Shown here piece after piece: positions 12,987 through 24,445 of a stretch of 64,000 nt of DNA (position 1 is the first letter of the stretch; every line of letters starts with the position of its first letter). The DNA is taken from the NCBI GenBank assembly GCA_051362555.1, contig CM120640.1, forward strand, positions 38,542,788-38,606,787. The letters run 5' to 3'. The stretch comes from Lingula anatina. Lineage: Eukaryota; Animalia; Brachiopoda. The notes below the pieces were generated by a model. The model worked only from the letters and a program-made list of their open reading frames with translations. It had not been told where the DNA came from and did not search any database. Position numbers and translations under genes: made by a program.

Positions 12987-14284
12987 CATAAAAGTTATTA
13001 CCTCCACTGTAAAAAAGGTTTTCGTCATTTTTTTTTCTGTAAGCAAAATATTTCAAAAAGTTTTGATGATGAAATTTTCAAGATACGTAGCTCTTCAAGT
13101 TGGAAAGAATCGATTTTTAACCGAGTAAATTTGTAAATTTGAAGATGAATTTACTACAATCTATATTTTGCCTTGGCTTTCTGAATACTCGCTAGTCGTA
13201 TCACTAACTCATTTCAGGTTAAAAGTTTGACTTCAGCCAACTTCAACTCCAGTCTGAATTTTGTTCCAGTCCCAACCAAGGATGGCATTCGGACAACCAA
13301 ATTAACACGTACGTCTTTTCAATTATAACCACCCTCTCCTCTTTGGTATTTCATACTTGAGTGGCATTTTGAGTCTCGTCGTTTTATCAATAATTGTAAG
13401 CTTTTTTTTATTCATTTCAGGAACCTGCTGAGATACTGCGCAACATGTGCCTGTAAGCAACCAAGCCTTTTGTTCGCAATCAGGAACCCCACGCCCATTC
13501 ATGGATTTATTAGTTCAAAGCTGAATAAATGTCTTTTTCTGTTGTTGTTGTTGTTTTTTTAAATTTCAATTTGAAATAATGATAATGGCAGTTCTAATGA
13601 TAAAGTGAAAGTACTGTATAAATAGAACAACTGTTCGAGTATTGGTTTGCTTTTGGGATTGACGATTTTCTGTGATATCTTGAAATATTGAACAGTAATT
13701 TTTTCAATTTTTGCAAAGACACCTAGTATTTGGTTAATGACAAATAATCTAGAAAATCCGGCATAATGTATCTAGTTTCTACCAACCCGCATTTGTAAAT
13801 TGCGTTTACAATTCCTTCGTGAATTGGCAGACCGATTTTGAATTCAAATAAATGTGCTGTAAATTGTGTACAACTTTGGTTTAAACTTTTTAGTAACTAG
13901 CTTTAAGAATGCCAATTAATGTTTCCTGCCTGTCAGAAGTAGATATCCCAAGCTCGACATAAATCGTAGTGAATCATATTTTGTTTGATGTTAAACTGCA
14001 TTTTCATTGTGGGCTGGTTTTGTTTGTTTTCAATAACTTATTATGAGCATTATTTTGATGACAAATTCTGTTGTATTTTTTCATAGGCTTTTGTAATGAA
14101 AATTTGGCACTTAAATTTAAATTTCTCATAGTTAACTGTCCACTGTGTACGTTTTTATGATTTGGAAATAAAGCGTTGTATAAATATTGCTTGGCGCCCC
14201 TCACAATGGAATGGACTTTTCCATATGCCTTATCACAAATAGAATAGCCTCGCCCAACTTGCTTCCCCTCAGATGAATGTCCTT

Positions 14285-14837
14285 GTCCCACCTGTCACCC
14301 CTCGAGTGGAATGGACTCAACCTACCTGAAACCCCTCAATCAAAATGAACTGTTCCCACCTGACACCCCTCAAAGTGGAATGGACTCGCCCCACCTGACA
14401 CCCCTCAAAGTGGAATGGACTCGCCCCACCTGACACCCCTCAAAGTGGAATGGACTCGCCCCACCTGACACCCCTCAAAATTGAATGGACTCGCCCCACC
14501 TGACACCCCTCAAATTGGAATGGACTGTTCCCACCTGACACCCCTCAAAATTGAATGGACTCGCCCCACCTGACACCCCTCAAATTGGAATGGACTGTTC
14601 CCACCTGACACCCCTCAAAGTAGAATGGACTCGCCCCACCTGACACCCCTCAAAGTAGAATGGACTCGCCCCACCTGACACCCCTAAAAGTGGAATGGAC
14701 TCGCCCCACCTGACACCCCTCAAAGTAGAATAGACTCGCCCCACCTGACACCCCTCAAAGTGAAATGGACTGTTCCCACCTGACACCCCTCACAGTGGAA
14801 TGGACTCGCCCCACCTGACACCCCCTCAAAATGGAAT
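14285..14837. repeat. 35-bp minisatellite, about 14 well-conserved plus several decayed units
   Basis: Unit CACCTGACACCCCTCAAAGTGGAATGGACTCGCCC; TGACA recurs at 14361, 14396, 14431 ... 14816. Confidence 0.95.
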
Positions 14838-17800
14838 CACATCAATCACATAACTATAAGATATTTCAAAAGTTTTATTTTCTGTAATAGGAAATAACTT
14901 ATTTGACAGAACAAATATGTCACGGTAAACAAAATCCAAAGAGAAAAATTTAAATACAAAAATATACAAATGCATTTAAATGGACATCGACTTCCACACA
15001 CACTTTGTGCATGACCGTTACCTGAGAGAATGTAAATTTGCAATGATAGAATTACACATCACATATACCAAACATTTTTTTTTTTATTTTGTTTTTTTTT
15101 TATTTTATCAAAACTTATCGAAGTTTTGACGACAATGACATTATGAAAGATAAATGTAACAAACTGGACAAGTCGAGTTCCCTGCATACAAAACGCCTCA
15201 AAATATATCTACAATAAGAAAATTAAATAACACATTGTGGAACAAGACATTAAAAAGTATTCCATTATCTTTTAACACGATTTTCGCTCTAAAATTAAGC
15301 GCTTTCATAGTGTTATTCAGTATCACACACGGATTTTTAAGGCCTATCCACGTTACAAGGAAGTAGAACAGGTTTTTTTAAAGAATTGGACTCACCATAG
15401 CCTGGATTTAATGGGTAGATTTTGAAAAAAATTATTCCTCTCATTTGCCGAAACTTTAAACAACTAAATTTTTACATGCTAAAGGTACTGGATTTTGAAT
15501 AATGGCGTCTTTTTTTTTCTATCAGAAAATAATCTCTAAAAAATGGTGCACAAATAGACTGACGACTTTGAAAAAGAACGTCTAAAACACCATTCTAACC
15601 GTCTACGGTGTATAAACTAGATCCGAATACGTCAAAAATTGGCAGTTCCGCAATTTAATCAATTTCATATTTTGTGATAAATGCACCAAATCTTATTAAT
15701 TGTGATATCACAATAAAGACTTGCATCGTTTTAAATTTCATTTTTACAATTCAAAAACTTTTTAATGAGAAGGAGAAAAAGAAAAGATTTCTAAACGAGT
15801 ATATTGTAGGTTTTGATACATCAATCTTACTTCTGTAAAGATCAAACTAAAAACACTTCCAAAAAGCGCATTTATTACGGCGAAATTGTGGTTCATAGGT
15901 GTCGGAGAACATAAGCAAACCGTAACAAATAGTCTACTTCTACAATAAACATTGTACATCAGTAAGTAATACGGTAAATTAAGTAAACAGTTGTATGTAA
16001 GTTTCAGCTAGCAATATGGTGAAAATGCATTTTAACCGTCAGGAATATAGGAAAACCACGAAATTTACATAATGGCAATTTATACACTGTGATAATTACA
16101 CTAAACATTGTATCATCAAAATTGGATTTATACTAACTGGATTTCAAATAGAACCAGATACGGTGCTCGTCCCAATGTTTAATTTGAAACGGATCAAGAT
16201 CGTTCCCAAGGATATTCTTTTATAATTTGAATACAATTAATTAATGGGTATGGCTGGGAAAAAAACACAACACAACACAATTAGGCTCAAATATTTTGAA
16301 AATCACAGTACAAGGATATATGATTTTCACCATATAGCATGTGTGTTTGGTGTATATCTATGTCCGACTGACAAAATAAAACACGGACTGAAGGCTGGAC
16401 AAGCTGCTATCGGTCGCATGTGCATTTGCATTCGGTAAAGGAGATGGCCGTTCTGAAATATGAAAATAACGGTAATGAAATAAATCAATATTCCAAATCC
16501 AATAACATTTGAACTAAGATAAAATGAACTGAAAATGGAAACGCTTCAGCTGATGTTGAAAAATTGCTTTGAGGTTGCCTGAACGTCAAATTAAAAATAT
16601 CGAATGAAAAGGGAATTCGATATTGCAAAATATAACGAATGTTGCACACTAGTTTCTATTACACTATAAGAATGACAGGGAAAATACGATCAAATATTAT
16701 TGGAAAGTGTGCTCAAGGCTAAATTTAATGGATCTCTTTTACGGAGCGACAGAAATTAAATTTTTTCCATTATATTACTGGAAGAAAATAGTTAACAAAA
16801 ACTCGGAACCTATAAAAACCGTATAGATGTGAAGAATTTTTTATGTCGTCATGAAAACCCATCAAAATGTCCCCCGCTTGTCTGCTTCAGTTACAAACAA
16901 GAATATGTTTCCATGATAATTGAACTAGATTCTACTGTAACCACCCCTTTCCCACTAATACACAACTAAAAATACTAAAACGTGGAAAATACTTTGTTCA
17001 CGAGACATGTACACGTACGATCAATGTTCTGGTGGTATTACAGTGAAAGTATCTGGGCACGATAAAAGGAATACCTAGACAAACTGTAGTTAAATACAAT
17101 TGTTAATAAAATGTAGAAAAAAATGTTACTCACAAGTCATATTTGCTTCAAGTTTGAATAAAATATTCGGTCTTGGCACTACACCACACCAATCCTGCGT
17201 CCTCTTCTTACAGGGTCCAGCTGTCAAGTGACTATTCTGGAAGACAGCTCGCACTGCGCTGCGCGACGCATTGTTATGTAAATCACAACAGGTGTGGGCC
17301 ATTTTGATTGAGGGGTGGCTGTTGAAATAATTCTCAAGGGAGAGATAAACCTTTATCTTACATATTACTAGAAAAGTAAAAAAATCCCTAATAAGCTCTG
17401 CAGTGATACAGATTATTTAATCAATCATTCATAATATATGTATATGGAATCATGCGTTGCAGATTGCACCAATACCTAACACTGTGCCCACTCAACACTG
17501 TCGGAAGGTTATTGGTTTAGACAGATAGTCCGCTCACCTGCCTTACCTATTGTGCTGTGGTTTGGCTCATTCTGTGTAGGGGGATATACAGTATATGACA
17601 CATAGAATATTTGGGCAAATATGGTAAAAATCCAGTCATAGAGATCTTCCATGTATATAGGTCTACATATAGATAGATCGTGAGGTTTTCTGTTCGTAGT
17701 ATACAATTTTTTAGCTTTTGAGCTGAAATCACAGAGTCATAATTTCACTGAACCCAAAGGATTCTATCAGCTCGTTGACTAATTCAAAGTATTCTACATT

Positions 17801-17932
17801 GGGTTTTAGCGACTAAATCTATATACTTTTCCCAGACACAAAAAATAACGGTCGACCCTACCCTGCAGGATTCGAGGTTTTGTACCATTTCTAATCTAAT
17901 AAGTTAGCTCTTAAAGAATTATGGGTCATTTA

Positions 17933-18284
17933 GAACCGATTCCCACAGACTTTAGATCGATCTATCCCTGTGGGGAGTCTCACTAGATTACTGTCAGCTT
18001 AGCCGGCTTAAATGTCTGCCCCGCCTACTAAAAACTGTAAGGGCAGGGCTGTAGCCTGAGCAAAATGCCAGGGGGGGCAGTAAGCGGACACGAGGGGGCG
18101 AAGCTACCGAGGGGAGTGGGTGTGGTGTGTAAAATTCCAAATTCCAGGGGGGGGCAGTTGCCCCCCCTGCCCCCCCGGAGGCTACGGCCCTGAAGGGGGT
18201 AATTAACTACCGTGCGCGCTCGGCTGACAGCAATTTAACGTGGGAGTTCTAGATGGAGCGATCTACATCAATGGGAATGCACTC
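17933..18284. mobile_element. PIF/Harbinger (Tourist-like) MITE containing a nested MITE
   Basis: TTA TSD at 17930-32 and 18285-87. Imperfect TIRs GAACCGATTCCCA.. / ..TGGGAATGCACTC. Uninterrupted family member at 31175-31389. Confidence 0.8.
18044..18192. mobile_element. Nested GC-rich MITE with CAGGG termini and 5-bp TSD
   Basis: TIR CAGGGCTGTAGCC / GGCTACGGCCCTG; AAGGG duplicated on both sides. The empty site CTGTAAGGGGGTAATT is visible in the sister MITE at ~31277. Confidence 0.85.
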
Positions 18285-21200
18285 TTAGACGGCTTTGGTT
18301 TCCAGGTATTTGAGAAGGAAATGTAGTAGCTCCGCAGGATATTTTGACAAGAAAACATTGGAACGTGCACAGAATATCTTTTACTAATTCTTCTCTTCTT
18401 CTTATGTCACTGTGAGAGCAATTTGTTTTTCATTAAAGTTACCCATATTTGCAATTTTCATCAGTGAAAAAGTCTACATTGTACGACCAAATACCTCAAA
18501 ATCGCACGCATGAGCCGGAGCAATACTGAGTTATCATTAGCTATCACGGGTTATTTATTTCTCACAAACATGCACTGCCATGTATTGATATTATATTTCC
18601 ATTTTTGTGATGAGGGTATTAAAATCAAAATAAAATTTATTGGGTATAATTACAGAGAGTAAACACACGGTATTAATGTATAGAATTGAATTTATCGGAG
18701 TACTAATGAGCTGTATAGGGGTCTGGTCTCTCGCGAGAACGGTAAGAATTTTTTATTTATGAATTGAATCATAACTATTTTATTTCAGGCTAGTACAGGT
18801 CGCTGTACCTAATAGACTATACATATTGATGTTGGTTATATTTGAATCAGCTTTTTTTAAAGACAACTTATCAATAGTAAATGCATGTATGATTGGTATC
18901 ATATAGGCCTACATGTAGGCCTACATGTAGGTCTATATTAGCTGCTAGATGCGTGTCGCACAAAATGAAAAACAGGTACATTTTACGATTTTATTTTGCA
19001 TTTTAATACCTATACAAATATTCAATCAGTAGTCTGCTAGTTTTTATTAAAGAAAAAAATGTTGCTTGGTGGTCCGGATTCAGAATTGTTATTTACGATA
19101 TTTGAAGTGCAGCATTACGGCACTTATTAGAGTAATACAAATGTAAGAAGTTCACATGACAAATAGAAATATACCTTTTAATAGACTGGATAAATTGTCT
19201 TGTTCTCAGTGCAATATAAAAGGGAAATCTGATCGAAGAAAGACCAACAACATAGTAAATTTGCCGCGGTAGTATAGAAATGTAGACTATGTTTCATTTA
19301 TGATTATGAAATAATTGTTTGTTCCTTAACCGTTAAAATCAGTTTTCTTATTGCAAGTAATATTGTTGTTTTATTCATATATTTTTTAGGTATAAGTCGC
19401 CTGTGAATTTACGTAATTTCCAATCAAATATTGACAACAAGGCTAAAATGTCCATTTTTCGCTGACTTAAATAGCGCCCTCTATCAACGTCACGGCTCAT
19501 TGGTTTTATAGGACGACCACACTGAAATAAACCGTCTATCATAACCCAGTATCAAACCGAGTAGGCCTATAGATTGCCTAGGAAATAAAAGTCACTTTAT
19601 GAGCCTCTTTTCAGTATCAGCGTCTAGTCTAGATCGACTTCACCAGCAGTAGTCTGCAACTATACACGCAGGTCAAGGTCATGAAATCTTGATTTCTGAC
19701 CACTACACACCCCATCCTTACCGCAGCAATGGCCAAGTATGGATTGGCAAATATGATATAGCGTGATTACGAACGTGGTAGACCTTACAAATCACGATTT
19801 TCTCGAAATGATGAAAACCTTCAAAAAAATTGGGGAGGAGATATCCTTTTTTTCATGGGGGAGGGGGGGGGGCAAGATTAATCACAGGAAAGAAAACCAG
19901 ATAAATCGATTTTTCAGATGTGTCAAAGTATATTTGTTTCTTACAAATATCCGTTCCAAATGCTACCAAGCCATCATTTGAACATATATTCACTTATTCA
20001 TATAAGCGCAGTATAATAGTTAACGGTAAATGTGACATTTTTAATTTCCTCTCTCCGGTTTCAAATTCATTCACCTAATAAAACGGATCAAACTTGCATT
20101 TCGGTATTGGTTGGCTACAAGTAAAATAACGCTTTCTATTACAGAACTGGCACGTTCCTGTAACACAACCTCGCCATTCTAGGAGGGAAAATAGCCCCGG
20201 AAATAAGTTGGATTATCGCGGAAATTACTTCAATCATCGCGGAAATAACTTCGATAAGAGTAAATTTCGACAGACGTATACAAGGTTATCTGTATAAACG
20301 GTCCTATGTAAAATTTCACTAATTAGGTTGTTGAAGATGTTGAAGAGAAAACATGCAGGTTAACGTTTAGAAAAATTAGGAGTTTAGGTGTTACAAGCAT
20401 ACCTTTCCACTTGAAAACACAGTGCAATAAGTTAATGAGTTATAGCAGACAGTATTTCAGATACTACCGGTCAATAGGCCTTGGCAAATGGTGATCGAAA
20501 ACATTGCTGAATTTTTTCCTGCAATAACATTAACCGCCGCTTTTACCAGGACGTTCACATTAATCATTTTGGCAGACTAATAATAATTTACACCAAACAA
20601 CTTTATCCCATCAGACAAATTATTATTGTGAGATGAAAGGACATACAGATAACTACTGCTATAATTTTAGGGCATTAGATGTCCTGTTTAGGTTTTTTTA
20701 TGGCGCCTTCCTAATAAGTTTATTAAGTAGGGTTGTCGTATCATCAGCACGCAAAATAAAGTTGTTTTTATCTGACACGAGCGCTTGTATATGAGAACCA
20801 GTTGTTACACTACTAGGGTTTAGAATTACACACGTCTTCATCGCAGACGTTATTTCATCTGAGGGTTGATTGCAGTTTTGACAAGAATCTTGATCTTGCG
20901 CCGCACCTGCCTTTGGTAATTGCTAAAAGATTTCTCGCTGGCGATCAGAGATTTCAGAAACGTCTTACACTTCTGAAAGCGAGAAAGGTGAATATCAAGA
21001 GTTACCGGATATCTTTTTGTAAAGATGTGAGAGATAGGCGGGGGAGCTCGCATCAAACTAGATATTTTATATGAAGCTCCAAATTTCACACCCGAAGCTG
21101 CATGTCTAGTTATTCCGGTTCGGTTAAATAGGCTATCCTATCTGTTACTAGCAGGCGGTGGAAACATTTCCGTTCTTCATATTTAACACCACGCCGTTGC

Positions 21201-21542
21201 TACACCAGGTTGTAGAAAAGGTAAGTTATTGACGTTTATTTCACCAGTTAAAGTACTGTTTTTTTTTTCACGTTTAATGTTGTCGATTTTTCTTATGAAG
21301 CGCTGTCAGTCTCTGTGAACGTTTTCTATGAATATGTCATAGTATAGCCTAAAAACTATTTCAAAATTCCTATTAGGATTGCACTTTACAGTGGATCTTG
21401 TAAGCCTACAAAGTTGTTACACTAGGGTTTAGAAATACACATGTATGAATACAAAGGATAAACTTTTTTTCAACTTTGTGTTTTAGTGCAACTTGAATGA
21501 ACCAGAGGTTTCGAGTTATCTTTACGTACACCAAGACCCAAA

Positions 21543-22601
21543 ATGAACAACTCGTCGCTTTTTCTGTGTAGGAACGCAACAGTCATATCAGAGAGGAAAC
21601 TAGCCACCATGTTTTATATTCACGCTGTTCTTGCATTCGGGTTTATCATTTTTGGACTGTGTGGGAATCTACTGGCTTTCATCGTCTTGTGGCGAGAAAA
21701 ACAGAAAACAACCACGTCGCTGACACTGCGCGCTATGGCAGTATCAGACTCTATCTATCTGGTGTGTAGTCTGATATTTCTGAGTCTGCCGGCAATGGAA
21801 AAATACAATGGTCAAGTTGGGGATAGTTTCTTAACTGACACATACCCACAACTGATGCCCTTTGTCAAACCTATGCTTTACACCTCCCAACAAATAAGCA
21901 GCTGGTTGGTCGTGCTAGTGACTCTGGACCGCTTTATAGTGGTTTGCTATCCTCTTAAATCTTTCACCTATTGCACGCTCAACAGGGCAAAGAAGCATAT
22001 TGCGGCAGTGTACATTGTCTCCGTTCTTTACAATATTCCCCGGTTTTTTGAACTGGACATCAAGCAGTGCTACAACATTAAACTTGACAAACTTGTGCAC
22101 GAAGTGCACAATTATCCATGGTCGTATTCAACAGCGTACTGGATAATTTATCAGATTGTTCTTTACTTTCTCACTATGTACATCGTCCCGATGGTAATTC
22201 TGGGCTTTGTGAACACAAAATTGATCATCAGCCTCCGTGCCGCGAATCGCCAGCGCGCCCAAATCACGGGGAAAGAGCACGACGACAATATAAGTATCAT
22301 GCTTGTGGTTGTTGTGTTCGTCTTCATCGCCTGTCAGACGCCGGATTTTCTTCTGCAGATATTTTACTTCATGACTGTGGTTCTCAGCGATGCGGCATTT
22401 GTCTACGAATTTAATTTCTTTGTGTATTATTTGATAACCGCCTTTCTATTAGTTTTTAATTGTTCCATCAACTTCATTATCTACTGTATCTGTGGAAAGA
22501 AGTTCAGAAAAATGATGTTTGAGACTATTCAGTGTCAAAGACAGGGGCATGGTAACAAAAGCGAGTCTAGCCACTCTCACATGCGCGACTCTAAATGCTA
22601 A
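21543..22601 (+). CDS. Class A GPCR, FMRFamide/peptide-receptor-like, 352 aa, single coding exon
   Basis: Seven hydrophobic segments; GLCGNLL (TM1), AVSD (TM2), LDRFIVVCYPL (TM3), YNIPRFFE (TM4), FIACQTP (TM6), NCSINFIIYC (TM7). Probable 5'UTR intron 21221-21486 (GTAAGT..TTTTAG). Confidence 0.93.
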   Translation: MNNSSLFLCRNATVISERKLATMFYIHAVLAFGFIIFGLCGNLLAFIVLWREKQKTTTSLTLRAMAVSDSIYLVCSLIFLSLPAMEKYNGQVGDSFLTDTYPQLMPFVKPMLYTSQQISSWLVVLVTLDRFIVVCYPLKSFTYCTLNRAKKHIAAVYIVSVLYNIPRFFELDIKQCYNIKLDKLVHEVHNYPWSYSTAYWIIYQIVLYFLTMYIVPMVILGFVNTKLIISLRAANRQRAQITGKEHDDNISIMLVVVVFVFIACQTPDFLLQIFYFMTVVLSDAAFVYEFNFFVYYLITAFLLVFNCSINFIIYCICGKKFRKMMFETIQCQRQGHGNKSESSHSHMRDSKC

Positions 22602-22824
22602 TCTTTACTGGAAGACAATCCCCAAATGATTGGGGCAGAATACGGTTTGCTGAATTTAAAGAGTTGAGAAACGCCCGTATAAGACCAAATAGGCACAATA
22701 CCTTGCATTACCTAGTCTCTTGCTTACGATGTAGGGACGAAGCACATGCTACCCCTTTTTGGTACTGATGGCCGAAAATCAGGGTTCTGGCTCATCGCAT
22801 AATAAGGATATTGAGGGAGCATAA

Positions 22825-23075
22825 AGCCTAGATTACATTTGAAATGCGATGCACGTACGGTGCACGTATACTGCCCGTAATACCCTTTTCCATCTGTTTC
22901 GTACGACGTCTGAGCGGAGGTAGACGGTGGCCGTGCGAAATCGCACGGAATCGTACTGATTTAAGGCCATGTAATGTAGACATACTCGGCGTAGCCCGTA
23001 GCTCCTTACGATTTCAAAAAAAAAAAAAAAAATCATATGGACAATTTCATCCCACGGCGTAATGTAATCTGGGCT
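22825..23075. mobile_element. PIF/Harbinger-type MITE in the GPCR 3' region
   Basis: TIR AGCCTAGATTACATT / AATGTAATCTGGGCT; TAA TSD. The empty site GAGCATAAGTCG is present in duplicate copy B (~31600). Confidence 0.88.
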
Positions 23076-24445
23076 TAAGTCGGTTGGAATCTTCCAATGT
23101 TTTCATTATTTAGTGTTATAAATAGAATGGTTTATAGCTATCGTGTAATCTTATGGGTTTAATAATGTAATTGAAACTTATTGGTTGTCAAACTGCACTT
23201 TCATTTAATGAACTATTTGCTTAAATAAATGATCATATAATGAAGGCATTCCAGTAACATGTAAAGCACCTGGAAGCGTTCATGCATTGAAAGATTGCTA
23301 AAAAAAGCTCTAGCCAGCTATACCCAGTCTGATATACGGATATTCACTAACGTCATTAAAAGTATTTACGTAAAGTTTTGGGTTTAAATCAGAAGTGAGT
23401 GATTAAATGGTCCAGATGAATGCTAAGACGCTCCTCTCACACAACCAAACCTGCCGTGATAGTCTCGTCTCTGAAGGTTAACAGAGTTACCAAACTTCAG
23501 AAATTTGGAAGGATATAAATATTATAAAAGTCAGAGCCACATATGAGATAAAAGAATGAGAGCAGCATACAAGGGAACAAAAAAAGATCGAATAATTAGT
23601 TTTCAGTGAGATTATAGGTTTAGTTTCAAAGCGCTTCATTTCGGCATTGGTTTTTTTTTTAGCTACGATTTTCTATGAGACGTTACTAAAACTATTGACC
23701 CAAGCTGTAATGAAGACAATGCAAAGAAATATAATGTACAATTTTAGAGTTACTGTATTTCAATTTTAAAAAATCTAATGTTTTACATACAGTATTGGAA
23801 TGCAGGTAAAACAGGAGTCCAGATAAGACAGTCATACTGAAAAAAAAAAGAGTTCCTCGAAATTCTGGTAATTCCCCTGCTGAGATTTCTAAAGAATCTT
23901 TTTCGGTTATATAACCATCTATCTTACCTAGGCCATATTCAAACATAACTTAACCAACTGCAAATTCATGGAAATTATGCTGTCTAGTTCTGTGTAGGCC
24001 GATACATATAATCAAGACCCATTACCATACGGATAACGGGGGATGGTCCTTTCACTTTTAACGTGTCATGTATGGAGGGATTTCCAAGTAACATTTAAGC
24101 GTGTAAGTTTTCTTTAATATAAAGAGGATTATTTTTATGTCTGCACCTAAATTACGCGTACAAGGGCTTCTCTGAATCATTTTATAAATCGTGCGCTATA
24201 CCTGAAGATCAGAAAAATATCATACCTTTCGAAGTTAGTCCTATAAGGATTATGATATATTCAAAACGGATGACAAAAATACATGAAATCACATTTGTTA
24301 ATCGGTAAATTATTTATTCTTTTTAAAAATGCTCTGTATATTCTTGATAAAAACAACATAAACTATTATTTATTTTTGATAAAAGAAACGATAATGAATT
24401 ATCTTTACTGGTATACTTTTACTGAACTCAGATGCACTTCTGTCA

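Noticed and set aside
14285-14837. 35-bp repeats of CRISPR-repeat length, and ORF 14580-14786
   Set aside because: Head-to-tail units without spacers; the ORF is only the translated minisatellite.
9600-21200. Additional protein-coding gene in the long intergenic interval (short ORFs; exon-like bits near 12329 and 13420)
   Set aside because: No coherent in-frame exon chain or recognisable motif. Non-coding leader or lncRNA exons cannot be excluded without RNA data.
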